The notes under the pieces: model-generated
The model's database searches: none
Seen by the model: only the letters and a program-made list of their open reading frames with translations
Told to the model about the DNA's origin: nothing
Program-made: the position numbers and the translations under genes
DNA from: Candidatus Margulisiibacteriota bacterium
GTDB taxonomy: Bacteria; Margulisbacteria; WOR-1; O2-12-FULL-45-9; XYB2-FULL-48-7
Assembly (NCBI GenBank): GCA_025453605.1
Contig: JALOPZ010000002.1
Coordinates: 132,631-196,630 of the forward strand
DNA length: 64,000 nt
Reading direction: 5' to 3'
Part shown: in pieces, positions 26,123 to 35,058 of the stretch
Layout: each line of letters starts with the position of its first letter
Position numbering within the stretch: position 1 is the stretch's first letter

Positions 26123-26560
26123 ATGAGTAAAACAGTTAAAGTACTCGCTCTGTTGATGATTGTCTGGCTGATCGGTAGTTCGGCTTATGCGGCGCCGTGG
26201 TGGGGCGGTCGGGAGAGGCAGAAAGATCCCGGTAAGCAACTTGCCCGGCGGCTGAAATTGACCCCCGCGCAGCAGGAGCAATTCAAGTCCGCCAGGGAAA
26301 AACTGGAGAAAGAGAATAAGCCGCTGTTCGATAAGATCAAGGAGCGGTCAGAGAAGCTCCGGACCGAAATGGGAAAAGACCAGCCGGACCAGCGGGCAAT
26401 TGAGCAGAGCATCAAGGAGATCAACGGCTGGCGGACCGAGATCGAGCTCAAACGGGTCAACTCGCTCCTGGCGCTCAAGGCAAGCCTGACCCCGGAACAG
26501 CGCCAGGAATATCTAAAAATGATGCAGCCCAAAAGATTTGGTCGCGGTTCGCGAAAGTGA
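26123..26560 (+). CDS. Periplasmic Spy/CpxP-family (LTxxQ) stress protein
   Basis: AGGAGG RBS, signal peptide, two LTxxQ motifs (LTPAQQEQF, LTPEQRQEY). Confidence 0.55.
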   Translation: MSKTVKVLALLMIVWLIGSSAYAAPWWGGRERQKDPGKQLARRLKLTPAQQEQFKSAREKLEKENKPLFDKIKERSEKLRTEMGKDQPDQRAIEQSIKEINGWRTEIELKRVNSLLALKASLTPEQRQEYLKMMQPKRFGRGSRK

Positions 26561-26574
26561 TAGAATAGATTAAG

Positions 26575-27807
26575 ATGTCCTGGCAGAGAACACTGACGAT
26601 CGTCTGGTCGATCATTGCGCTGACGGTATCAGCCTCTGCGCTGACCTGGCCGGAGGCGCTAGAGTTGGCCAAGCGGAACAACCCCGAGCTGCAAAGCGCC
26701 CGCAAGCAGACCGAAGCGGCGCAATGGAGCCTCTACCGGAGCTATTCGTCGTTCCTGCCGCAACTGTCGGCCAGCGCTTCGACCGGCCAGTCAACTTCCG
26801 GCACGCCGGCCGCCACGGCCAACAGCTCGTCTTACGGTTTAAGCGTTTCCCAAACACTTTTCTCCGGGCTGGACAACTACTACAGCGCCTGGTCGGCCCG
26901 GACCGATCTTGATTATTACCGGGCGGCGCTGTTGAAAGCGGAAGCCGATGTCTATTATTCTCTCCGGCAGGCCTTTGTCGACCTGTCGGTCGCCGGCGAA
27001 AATCTTACTCTCTACAAACAGATCCTCGACCGCCGCCGGAACAACAGCGACCTGATCGGCCTCCGCTATGACAGCGGGCGCGAAGACAAAGGGGCGCTCC
27101 TTAGGACCCAGGCTGATCAGGCTGATGCGGCGGCCTCCGTTGCCGCGGCGGAACGGGCGCTCGCTTTGGCCAGGCTGAAGCTTTCCCAGCTTATTTCCAC
27201 TGAGGTTGATAAAGCGGAGGGCGAGTTGGCGGCCGGAACGGTTGCTGCGCCTGATTACGGAAAATTTTTGGCCGTTGCGCCGGCTCACATTATGAAGGTT
27301 AAACAGCTGGAGAAGGCGGACATTGCGCTCCGGCAAACGGTTGGCGGGTTCCTGCCGTCAGTTTCCCTGAGCGGTTCGTACCGGAAAAACGGCTCCGACT
27401 GGCCGCCGCAGAGCGACAGTAACAGCTGGTCGCTCAGTCTGTCGTATTCACTCTTCCCCGGCGGCGCTAACATCATTGATCGGGCGATCTACGCGGCGCA
27501 ATACGACCAGGCCAAGCAGGATTATCAGCAAGCCAGCAACGATCTCCGCTACGGACTGCAGTCGGCTTACCAGGCCTTTTTGGACGCGCTGGAGGCCGAA
27601 AAGACCGCCCGGCTCTCGCTCGACGCCGCGTCGCTGCGGGCGGAGATCGCCCGGACCAAATACATTAACGGCCTGACCACTTATGACGAGTGGGACCGGA
27701 TCGAGAACGATTACATCTCCGCCCAGCGCAACCTGCTTAGCCGGAAAAGATCCGCTTTATATGCTGAAGCCGCGTGGTTCAACTCATACGGAGGTTACGT
27801 TAAATGA
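26575..27807 (+). CDS. TolC-family outer-membrane efflux protein
   Basis: Signal peptide. Tandem OEP repeats carrying the LxxAxxNNPxL (ALELAKRNNPELQ) hallmark. Confidence 0.8.
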   Translation: MSWQRTLTIVWSIIALTVSASALTWPEALELAKRNNPELQSARKQTEAAQWSLYRSYSSFLPQLSASASTGQSTSGTPAATANSSSYGLSVSQTLFSGLDNYYSAWSARTDLDYYRAALLKAEADVYYSLRQAFVDLSVAGENLTLYKQILDRRRNNSDLIGLRYDSGREDKGALLRTQADQADAAASVAAAERALALARLKLSQLISTEVDKAEGELAAGTVAAPDYGKFLAVAPAHIMKVKQLEKADIALRQTVGGFLPSVSLSGSYRKNGSDWPPQSDSNSWSLSLSYSLFPGGANIIDRAIYAAQYDQAKQDYQQASNDLRYGLQSAYQAFLDALEAEKTARLSLDAASLRAEIARTKYINGLTTYDEWDRIENDYISAQRNLLSRKRSALYAEAAWFNSYGGYVK

Positions 27808-27905
27808 AAACAAGTAACGAGATACGGGTAACGGGTAACGGGAATGGCTGCGCTTGGCTGTCTCGCTCAATTCTTCTCATTACCCGTTACTCGTTACTCT
27901 ATTCA
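27804..27905 (+). repeat. ~100-bp repeat encoding the N-terminus of macA; an inverted copy lies at 31405-31513
   Basis: Reverse complement of 31405-31513 is ~85% identical over the first ~100 nt. Internal inverted repeat GGGTAACGGGTAACGGG / CCCGTTACTCGTTAC. Confidence 0.7.
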
Positions 27906-28820
27906 TTGCTGATCTTACTGTTAACCTCCTGTGCGCCGAAAAAGGAGATCCCGTTGGAGCTGGTCAGCGTGACCAGGGGGAACATTGAATCCAGCATCCC
28001 GGCGACCGGGACAGTGATGCCGCGCAACCGGCTGGAGATCAAGCCGCCGGTCTCGGGCCGGATCGAACAGGTGTTGGTAGCCGAAGGCGAGGCGGTTCGC
28101 AAAGGTCAGATCATCGCGCTGATGAGCTCGCTCGACCGGGCGACCCTGATCGACGCGGCGCGGGCCAAAGGGGAAGAAGAGGTCAGGCGCTGGGAAGAGA
28201 TGTACAAACCGACCCCGGTCATCGCCCCGATCAACGGTTTTATCATCCAGCGGAGCGTGGAACCAGGCCAAACCTTGACCAGCAACGACGTCGTCCTGGT
28301 GATGGCGGATAAACTGATCGTTAAAGCGCAGATCGACGAGACCGATATCGGCCGGATCAAGCTGGGGCAGGGGGTATCCATTGTCCTGGACGCTTACCCC
28401 AAGGACGAGGTCAACGGCCGCGTCGAACACATCGCCTACGAATCGAAGGTCGTCAGTAACGTGACGGTCTACGAAGTGGATGTCATCCCTCTCACCGTCC
28501 CCGACTTTTTCCGGGCGGGGATGAGCGCGACCGTCAACTTTTCGCAAAATGCGCGGCAGGATGTGCTGGTTGTCCCGCTTAAGGCGATCAAGAAGCGCGG
28601 TAAATCGGTTTATGTCTGGAAACCGAACGCCGATAATAAGACTGCCCAGGCGGTGCAGATCGAGACCGGCCTGGAAAACGGTGACAACCTTGAGGTCCTG
28701 TCCGGTTTGACCGAAGGCGAGAAAGTGGTCGTGCCGACCAAGGAGATGATCGAAAAACTGGCCAACCGCCGCGGAGGGCCGCCGAATTTTAATCCGTTCG
28801 GCAGCCAGCGCAGCCGCTGA
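27804..28820 (+). CDS. Efflux periplasmic adaptor subunit (HlyD/MacA family) lipoprotein
   Basis: Lipobox LLTSC, a biotinyl/lipoyl-like hairpin and a beta-barrel domain. ATGA overlap with tolC. Confidence 0.8.
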   Translation: MKTSNEIRVTGNGNGCAWLSRSILLITRYSLLYSLLILLLTSCAPKKEIPLELVSVTRGNIESSIPATGTVMPRNRLEIKPPVSGRIEQVLVAEGEAVRKGQIIALMSSLDRATLIDAARAKGEEEVRRWEEMYKPTPVIAPINGFIIQRSVEPGQTLTSNDVVLVMADKLIVKAQIDETDIGRIKLGQGVSIVLDAYPKDEVNGRVEHIAYESKVVSNVTVYEVDVIPLTVPDFFRAGMSATVNFSQNARQDVLVVPLKAIKKRGKSVYVWKPNADNKTAQAVQIETGLENGDNLEVLSGLTEGEKVVVPTKEMIEKLANRRGGPPNFNPFGSQRSR

Positions 28821-30778
28821 TGAGCCTGATCGAACTCAAAGGGCTCTGTAAAACCTATTACATCGGCGGCAAGATCCCCGTTTATGCCCTGCGCGATGTT
28901 TCGTTGACGATCGAGCCGGGCGAGTTTGTCGCGATCATGGGCCCGTCCGGTTCCGGCAAATCGACTCTGCTGGCGGTGCTCGGCCTGCTCGACCGGCCCG
29001 ATTGCGGCGAATACAAGATCCTGGGCAAAGAAGTCTCCCGCTTATCGGAACGGGAAACATCCCGCCTGCGTAACCATCTGCTCGGTTTTGTCTTTCAGGC
29101 TTTTAATCTCTTGCCCCGGCTCGATATCGTCACCAACACCATGCTCCCTTTTGTTTACGACGACGGCGTGACCGAGGCAAATCGCCAGGCGGCCAAAGAG
29201 CTGTTAACCAGGGTCGGGTTGGGCGATCGGCTCCGCCACCGGCCGAATGAGCTGTCGGGCGGGCAGCAGCAGCGGGTCGCTTTAGCCCGCGCGCTGGCCA
29301 ACAAGCCGCTGGTGATCATGGCCGACGAGCCGACCGGCAACCTCGATTCCAAGTCTGCCCAGGAGATCATCAACCTTTTCAAAGAGATCAATCAGCAGGG
29401 GAAGACGATCATCATGGTGACGCACGAGCCGAATCTGGCCAATGAAGCCAGCCGGCGGATCACCCTGTCGGACGGCCGGATCGTGGGCGACGAGCGGCTG
29501 CGCGCCACGGCGGCCGGGACGGTCAACATGCCGGCCCTCAAACCGCGCAATTTCAATCTCTTCTCGCTCAGCCGGCTCCTCGATTATTTTCGCGAAGCTT
29601 ATCTCTCTTTGCTGACCAATAAATTGCGATCGTTCCTCTCGATCCTGGGTGTCGTGATCGGGGTTGGGGCGGTCATCGCCATGCTGGCGATCGGCACCGG
29701 CGCCCAGCGGCAGGTCGAAAAGTCGCTTTCCGCTCTGGGAACGAATTTATTGTCCGTCCGGACCTCTTTCCGTCAGGGCGGGATCTCGCTCGGCTCAGAT
29801 TCCGTCACTCGCTTTAACCTCGAGGACCTGAAAGCGTTGCAGCAGCTTGACGGGGTCAAATATGTTGTCCCTTACGTTCAAGGCCGGGGCCAGGCCGTTT
29901 ACGCTAACCGGAACTGGAGCACCAGTATCAACGGGACCAGTGTCGATTATCAGTATGTACGGGACGCGATCCCGACCCAGGGTCGGTTTTTTACCCGGAG
30001 CGAAGAGCACCTGCGCGCTAAGGTTGCCGTGCTTGGCAAGCAGGTGGCGGACCAGCTTTTTCCAGATACCGATCCGCTTAATAAATGGATCAAGATCAAC
30101 CGGGTCAATTTTCAGGTGGTCGGTGTTCTGCCGGAAAAGGGTGGGAGCGGTTTTATGAATCCTGACGACCAGATCTTTGTCCCGCTGTCGACCGCCATGC
30201 ACCGGTTGCTCGGCCGCGACTACATCAATAATTTTGATGTCCAGGCGGAAAGCGCCGACTATCTGACCGGTTTGGCCGATGAGATCGGCCCGCTGCTGGT
30301 CAAATTACACCGGCTGCCGGCCGCTCAGGCCGACGGTTTTGATGTCCGCAACATGGCCGATATCCAGAAGGCGGCGGCCGAAACGGTCCAGACTTTCTCT
30401 TTTCTGCTTGGCGCGATCGCCGCCGTCAGCTTGCTGGTCGGCGGGATCGGGATCATGAATATCATGCTCGTGATGGTAATGGAGCGGACGCACGAGATCG
30501 GCCTGCGTAAAGCGCTCGGCGCCGAGGACCGCGATATCCTGACCCAGTTCCTGGTCGAGGCGGTGCTGATCTGCGTTCTGGGCGGATCGATCGGGGTCGG
30601 GATCGGCGGGATCATCTCTTTCTCGATCGGGGCGGTTGCCGGCTGGTCGGTCGTGATCACCCTCGAATCTGTTCTGCTGGCTTTTGTCTTTTCCGTTGTA
30701 GTCGGCGTGGTCTTCGGCCTCTGGCCGGCCAGAAGGGCGGCCCGGCTCCTGCCGATCGAAGCGTTAAGGTACGAGTAA
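28820..30778 (+). CDS. MacB-type fused ABC ATPase/permease
   Basis: N-terminal ABC domain ([24 protein letters not shown]), then a TM, a periplasmic domain and a C-terminal FtsX bundle. 652 aa. Confidence 0.85.
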   Translation: MSLIELKGLCKTYYIGGKIPVYALRDVSLTIEPGEFVAIMGPSGSGKSTLLAVLGLLDRPDCGEYKILGKEVSRLSERETSRLRNHLLGFVFQAFNLLPRLDIVTNTMLPFVYDDGVTEANRQAAKELLTRVGLGDRLRHRPNELSGGQQQRVALARALANKPLVIMADEPTGNLDSKSAQEIINLFKEINQQGKTIIMVTHEPNLANEASRRITLSDGRIVGDERLRATAAGTVNMPALKPRNFNLFSLSRLLDYFREAYLSLLTNKLRSFLSILGVVIGVGAVIAMLAIGTGAQRQVEKSLSALGTNLLSVRTSFRQGGISLGSDSVTRFNLEDLKALQQLDGVKYVVPYVQGRGQAVYANRNWSTSINGTSVDYQYVRDAIPTQGRFFTRSEEHLRAKVAVLGKQVADQLFPDTDPLNKWIKINRVNFQVVGVLPEKGGSGFMNPDDQIFVPLSTAMHRLLGRDYINNFDVQAESADYLTGLADEIGPLLVKLHRLPAAQADGFDVRNMADIQKAAAETVQTFSFLLGAIAAVSLLVGGIGIMNIMLVMVMERTHEIGLRKALGAEDRDILTQFLVEAVLICVLGGSIGVGIGGIISFSIGAVAGWSVVITLESVLLAFVFSVVVGVVFGLWPARRAARLLPIEALRYE

Positions 30779-31513
30779 CCCGCAGCGGACGATGATCAGG
30801 GGAAGCGCCCCCTCTGTTTCGAGCCGAAATATTTGGCAGACGAGCCGGTCCTGGCGGTAGCTCTCCATTGCTTCGGTACAATTATCCTCATCACGCTTAA
30901 AACCGAGCGCCAGCAGGCCGGCGGCCGGATCGATCTCGGCGGTTGCACTGGCCGTCAATTCAAAACCTTTGATCTCCGCCTGGTCGCCGCCGGGGAGGCG
31001 CCAGCTAAAGTCGAGCGTGACCGGGCCGGTGAATTCCAGTCCGCTCCTCTTGCGGAGAAAGCGGAAGAGGGGGTTGCAGCGCCGGCTCCGCTCGCTTCCC
31101 CGCAGGAGGACCTTGATCCCATCCTGATAAAAACTCAGCTCGTTGCCGCGCAGCAGCAGCGAAGGGGATTCGGAGGTTGTGTTCTGGTCGACGTACAGGA
31201 CTAATTTGTTCTGATCGATCAGGTAGGTCCCCGATTGGTACGGTCGACCGTCCTGGGAAGTATTGAAATAGTAGCTGCCGCCGCTCCCGGCGGAGAAATA
31301 ATAGTCGAGCTGTTCCGGACCGGAGACGGTCCGCCATTCACCCAGGATCTCGTCCTCGGACGGGAGATGTCCAACCTGACCGGAACAACCGGCCAGCAGA
31401 CAGGCTGTAAAAGCAACGAGTAACGAGTAACGAGTAATGAGAAGGGATGAGCGAGAGAGGCTTGTTTGATTATTCCCGTTACCCGTTACCCGTATCCCGT
31501 TACTTGTTACCAT
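30764..31513 (-). CDS. Lipoprotein, hypothetical; its N-terminus is encoded by the inverted repeat copy
   Basis: MVTSNGIRVTGNGN...LLITRYSLL...LLAGC lipobox. The start ATG overlaps the pepO stop (ATGGTAA). Confidence 0.5.
   Translation of the reverse strand: MVTSNGIRVTGNGNNQTSLSRSSLLITRYSLLVAFTACLLAGCSGQVGHLPSEDEILGEWRTVSGPEQLDYYFSAGSGGSYYFNTSQDGRPYQSGTYLIDQNKLVLYVDQNTTSESPSLLLRGNELSFYQDGIKVLLRGSERSRRCNPLFRFLRKRSGLEFTGPVTLDFSWRLPGGDQAEIKGFELTASATAEIDPAAGLLALGFKRDEDNCTEAMESYRQDRLVCQIFRLETEGALPLIIVRCGLLVP
31405..31513 (-). repeat. Inverted copy of the 27804-27905 repeat
   Basis: See 27804-27905. Confidence 0.7.
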
Positions 31514-33390
31514 ATCTTTACCGTCAGGGGCTCCGACTTGGGTAACAAACCAAAGGCTAATCGGAACTCAGGCATGTTGGCGATCGCGCCGTTGACCCGG
31601 TATTGCGGCGGCGAGTGGGGATCGATCTTCTGCAGGAGCGCCTGGTATTCGGGCCGCTGGCGGGTTTTCCAGACCTGGGCGTGGCCGAAAAAGAACCGTT
31701 CGCTCTGGGTCAGCCCGTCGATCAAACCGGGGTTGTGCCGCTTGAGCCGCTGCTGCAAGGCGTCAAAAGCGACCAGTAATCCGCCCAGGTCGGCGATGTT
31801 CTCGCCCAAAGTCAGCCGGCCGTTCAGGTGCTTGTTCCCCAGGACCGTATAACCGGCGTACTGCCGGACCAGCGGGCGAGTCCGCTGCCGGAAATGCCGG
31901 TCATCTTCTCTGGTCCACCAGTCCCGCAGATTGCCATGATGGTCGTACTTGCGCCCCTGATCGTCGAAACCGTGGGTCAATTCGTGGGCGATAACGTGGC
32001 CGACCGCGCCGTAGTTGACCGCGTCGTCGGCGTTGGGATCGAACATCGGTGGCTGCAGGATGCCGGCCGGGAAGACTATCTCGTTATTGGGTGGATTGTA
32101 ATAAGCGTTGACGATCTGGGGCGGCAGGAGCCATTTTTGCTTGTCGACCGGCCGGCCGATCTCCCGCAGGTCCTTGCGGGCCTGGAATTCCCGGGCGCGC
32201 CACATATTGGCCAGAAAAGAGTCGGCAGCGACCCGCAGCCGGCCGTAATTCTCCCATTTGGCAGGGTAGCCGATCTTGATCGTGACCCGGTGCAGTTTTT
32301 TCAACGCTTCGCGCTTAGTCCGCGGGCTCATCCAATCCAACCGGGTGATCCGCCGGCCGAGCGCGGTGATCAACTCACTGACCATTTCGGTCATTTTTCT
32401 CTTGGCACGCGGCGAGAAATAACGGTGGACATAAAGCTTGCCAAGCTCATCCCCGAGCGAGCTGTTGATCGCATCGATCACTCGTTTCCAGCGTGGAGAC
32501 GGTCGTTTTAAGCCGAGCAGCCGGCGCTGGTAGAAGCCAAAGTAGAGCGCGTAGCTCCGGGTTGACCAGTATGGCGCGGCCGCGTTAAGCAGCTGCCAGT
32601 GCAGATAGGTTTTAATTTCTTCCAGTTTAGTCCGCCTGATCAGCCGGTCCAGGGAGCGGAAAAAATCGGGCTGGGCAACATTCAATATCTTGAAAGGCGG
32701 GGCACCCAGCTCCGTCCAGTAAGTGGTCCAGTCGAATGAAGGGCAAAGCCTGATCAGGCGGCTGACCGGCAGCTTATGGGTTGTTTGGTGGGGATCACGC
32801 TGGATCTCTTTCTTCATGGTTTTCCTGGCCAGGGTTGTCTCCAGTCTAAGGACAATATTGGCTTTTGCCAGACCGTTACGCTCACCGGCCAGAGTGAAGA
32901 GGGCGGCCGCGTAGCTTAAGAAGCTTTGGCGCAGTGCGGCGGACGACTTTTCCAGATAATATTCACGGTCGGGGAGGGAGAGGCCGCTCTGAACAAGGTC
33001 CGCGATCTTGCGCCGGCTGTTGTCCGGATCGGTCATCGCTCCAAAACCGAAGAACGGATCGGCACCGCGCAGCTGGAGCCGGGCAACAGCCCGGGCTAGG
33101 TCACGAAGCGACTTGATCTGTGTCAGGGCGGCTAATTCGTTCCGTAAAGCGGGCAGGCCGGACCGGCCGGACATGGCGGTCCGGTAAAACAGGTCGAGTT
33201 TGCCGCGGCTGCGCCGTAACAGGCGATGCAGGATCCGGTAGTTCTGCTCACCCTGCTCGACAAAATAATTCCAGGCGGGCTTATCCGGCGGGATGAACTT
33301 GCGTTTCAGCCAGCGGCCGTAAGCGTACCGGTAGAAATCTTCGGCCGGATCGACTTGCCGGTCGATCCAGCGCAGATCGAGCGCTTTCAT
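31507..33390 (-). CDS. pepO: M13-family zinc metalloendopeptidase (PepO/neprilysin-like)
   Basis: HELTHGFDDQG (HExxH), GENIADLGG (ENxADxGG), 627 aa. Confidence 0.85.
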   Translation of the reverse strand: MKALDLRWIDRQVDPAEDFYRYAYGRWLKRKFIPPDKPAWNYFVEQGEQNYRILHRLLRRSRGKLDLFYRTAMSGRSGLPALRNELAALTQIKSLRDLARAVARLQLRGADPFFGFGAMTDPDNSRRKIADLVQSGLSLPDREYYLEKSSAALRQSFLSYAAALFTLAGERNGLAKANIVLRLETTLARKTMKKEIQRDPHQTTHKLPVSRLIRLCPSFDWTTYWTELGAPPFKILNVAQPDFFRSLDRLIRRTKLEEIKTYLHWQLLNAAAPYWSTRSYALYFGFYQRRLLGLKRPSPRWKRVIDAINSSLGDELGKLYVHRYFSPRAKRKMTEMVSELITALGRRITRLDWMSPRTKREALKKLHRVTIKIGYPAKWENYGRLRVAADSFLANMWRAREFQARKDLREIGRPVDKQKWLLPPQIVNAYYNPPNNEIVFPAGILQPPMFDPNADDAVNYGAVGHVIAHELTHGFDDQGRKYDHHGNLRDWWTREDDRHFRQRTRPLVRQYAGYTVLGNKHLNGRLTLGENIADLGGLLVAFDALQQRLKRHNPGLIDGLTQSERFFFGHAQVWKTRQRPEYQALLQKIDPHSPPQYRVNGAIANMPEFRLAFGLLPKSEPLTVKIW

Positions 33391-33426
33391 CGTGCTTGAT
33401 TATAGCAGAAATATGGTAGAATACCG

Positions 33427-33726
33427 TTGGTTGACGAACTCCATCAGACTGAAGGGGGAACAAAAATGCCGATCGTATTGAAAGCGTTAGTGTTGCTGGG
33501 TGGATTGACCGGTTTGCTGTCCGGAATGGCGATGCTCCTGCTGTTTGAGCGGTTCATGGCCTTTAATGATTACCTTAACAAGAATATTTTCCGGAACAAG
33601 AACTACGACTGGCATCAGTATGGTTGGGAGCGCTATCTCTTCACGATGAGCTACCTGACGGCGGTTTTCCTGATTGGGGCCGGCTGTTATCTGCTCTACG
33701 TGTTTTCGCAGTACTTCCCGTATTGA
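33427..33726 (+). CDS. Small membrane protein, hypothetical
   Basis: Two TM helices. No motif. Confidence 0.35.
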   Translation: MVDELHQTEGGTKMPIVLKALVLLGGLTGLLSGMAMLLLFERFMAFNDYLNKNIFRNKNYDWHQYGWERYLFTMSYLTAVFLIGAGCYLLYVFSQYFPY

Positions 33727-33738
33727 CAGGCGCGCCGG

Positions 33739-34365
33739 TCAGCGATAGGTGGTTAGTTTCCTGACCCCCAGCTTGGCGTAAGGGACGTAGTTCCAGGCGA
33801 TCAGTCGGTCAGGCCCGGTTACCGGCCGCGCTTTTTTTACCCCGGTCCGCGGTTTTGGCTTAACTTTGGTTTCCGTCAGCACGGCCACTTTATGACCGGT
33901 CAATTCGCTTTCCGGCAGGCCGGCGATCATGTCCATGGTAAAATTCAGGCTCCGCTGGTAACGGTCGAATGGCGGCACCGCTTTGTAGACCACGATCAGG
34001 TCCATCAGGTTTTTCGTTTTTCGAAACTTACGGTACCACTTTTTTTCCGCGATCGTGGCGATAGTGAACTCGATGTTGTGCTTGATCGAGCGGAAACGGG
34101 CGCCGCCGTTGCTGATCCCGGTAAAGTTGGAGCTCCGCTTCGGACAATGCTTTCCCCAGGTGCTTTCCGCGCCGGCCAGCGCCACGTAGAGGCGGTAGTC
34201 CAGTTTATACCGGTCCGACTGTTTGACTATCTCCTGGCCGTAACCGCGCAGCGGACTGGTCGGGCAGTACCGCTCCAGGAACCGTTCGATCCGGTCCGGC
34301 CGCAGATCTCTGGCCTGAGCCAGCGTCGCGGTCAGCAGCAGGACGATCAGAATTCTATATATCAT
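33739..34365 (-). CDS. Secreted glucosaminidase-domain protein (FlgJ/AcmA-like muramidase domain)
   Basis: Start trimmed to the signal peptide MIYRILIVLLL. LYVALAGAESTWG resembles the AQAALESGWG motif of mannosyl-glycoprotein endo-beta-N-acetylglucosaminidase domains. Confidence 0.45.
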   Translation of the reverse strand: MIYRILIVLLLTATLAQARDLRPDRIERFLERYCPTSPLRGYGQEIVKQSDRYKLDYRLYVALAGAESTWGKHCPKRSSNFTGISNGGARFRSIKHNIEFTIATIAEKKWYRKFRKTKNLMDLIVVYKAVPPFDRYQRSLNFTMDMIAGLPESELTGHKVAVLTETKVKPKPRTGVKKARPVTGPDRLIAWNYVPYAKLGVRKLTTYR

Positions 34366-34405
34366 ACTGACTGAGTATCGACGACTACCGACGGCGATTT
34401 CACGA

Positions 34406-34984
34406 TCAGGCCAAGGTGCTGAAACTGGAAGCATCCCAGTTTTGCGGGTCGAATTTGGGGTATTCCGGCAGCCGGCCGGCGACCAGGCCGTCGATCATCT
34501 CGGCCAGCCGGTCGAGCTGTTGGGCGGAGGCTCCCTGGGCCAGTTGCGGTTTGCCGGTCCGGATATCGATCACTGTTGCCCCCAGGTCGCTGACGATCTT
34601 GATGTCTTCCGGATAGAGGCGGTCTCCTTCAACCCGCCAGGCGAACAGTTCCGGATTGTAACGGTCTTTCAGACCGACAATGAAGAGATATTTTTGACGG
34701 TGAGACAGATCCTGAGCGGAGGGGACAGGGATGCCGCCGGGGTGAGTGTGGTAGACGCCAAGGAATTCGAGCTGGTGCTTGACCAGAAAACGGAAAGCCA
34801 GATCGAGGTCGTCGCTGGTCAGCGCAAAGGTTTGGGTCCGGTCGCCGAGGTTCTTATTGGGGATCGGCAGAACACCGAGGATCGTCTCCCCGTGCCCGCC
34901 GAGGAAACCGCCGGTCTCCTGCGGAAAACAGGCCTGCGCCTGCTTCATGATAATGTTGTATTGTCGCTCAGTGATCTTGAACAT
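34406..34984 (-). CDS. JAMM/MPN+ (JAB) metalloprotease-domain protein with a C-terminal extension
   Basis: E...HTHPGGIPVPSAQD is a complete JAMM motif (E-x(n)-H-x-H-x7-S-x2-D). Start set at MFKITERQ. Confidence 0.6.
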   Translation of the reverse strand: MFKITERQYNIIMKQAQACFPQETGGFLGGHGETILGVLPIPNKNLGDRTQTFALTSDDLDLAFRFLVKHQLEFLGVYHTHPGGIPVPSAQDLSHRQKYLFIVGLKDRYNPELFAWRVEGDRLYPEDIKIVSDLGATVIDIRTGKPQLAQGASAQQLDRLAEMIDGLVAGRLPEYPKFDPQNWDASSFSTLA

Positions 34985-35009
34985 ATTGCCGCTCCGCTGG
35001 TCCGAAGCA

Positions 35010-35038
35010 TTGAAATCGATTATAACATATATTATAAT
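35010..35038 (+). promoter_or_regulatory. Sigma-70-type promoter for hppA (TTGAAA-17-TATAAT)
   Basis: Consensus hexamers with 17-nt spacing in the AT-rich divergent intergenic region. Confidence 0.4.
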
Positions 35039-35058
35039 ATCACCTGTTTGCAAATCAG

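Noticed and set aside
27830-27900. GTAACGGGTAACGGG / TTACTCGTTACTC short tandem units as a VNTR or microsatellite.
   Set aside because: Only 2-3 units, embedded in a coding region. They are better described as arms of the internal inverted repeat of the larger 100-bp element.
30779-30840. The AGGGG-AAGCG-CCCCT hairpin after macB as a bidirectional terminator.
   Set aside because: Short stem, no convincing U-tract on either strand, and the downstream convergent gene end overlaps it. Too weak to call.
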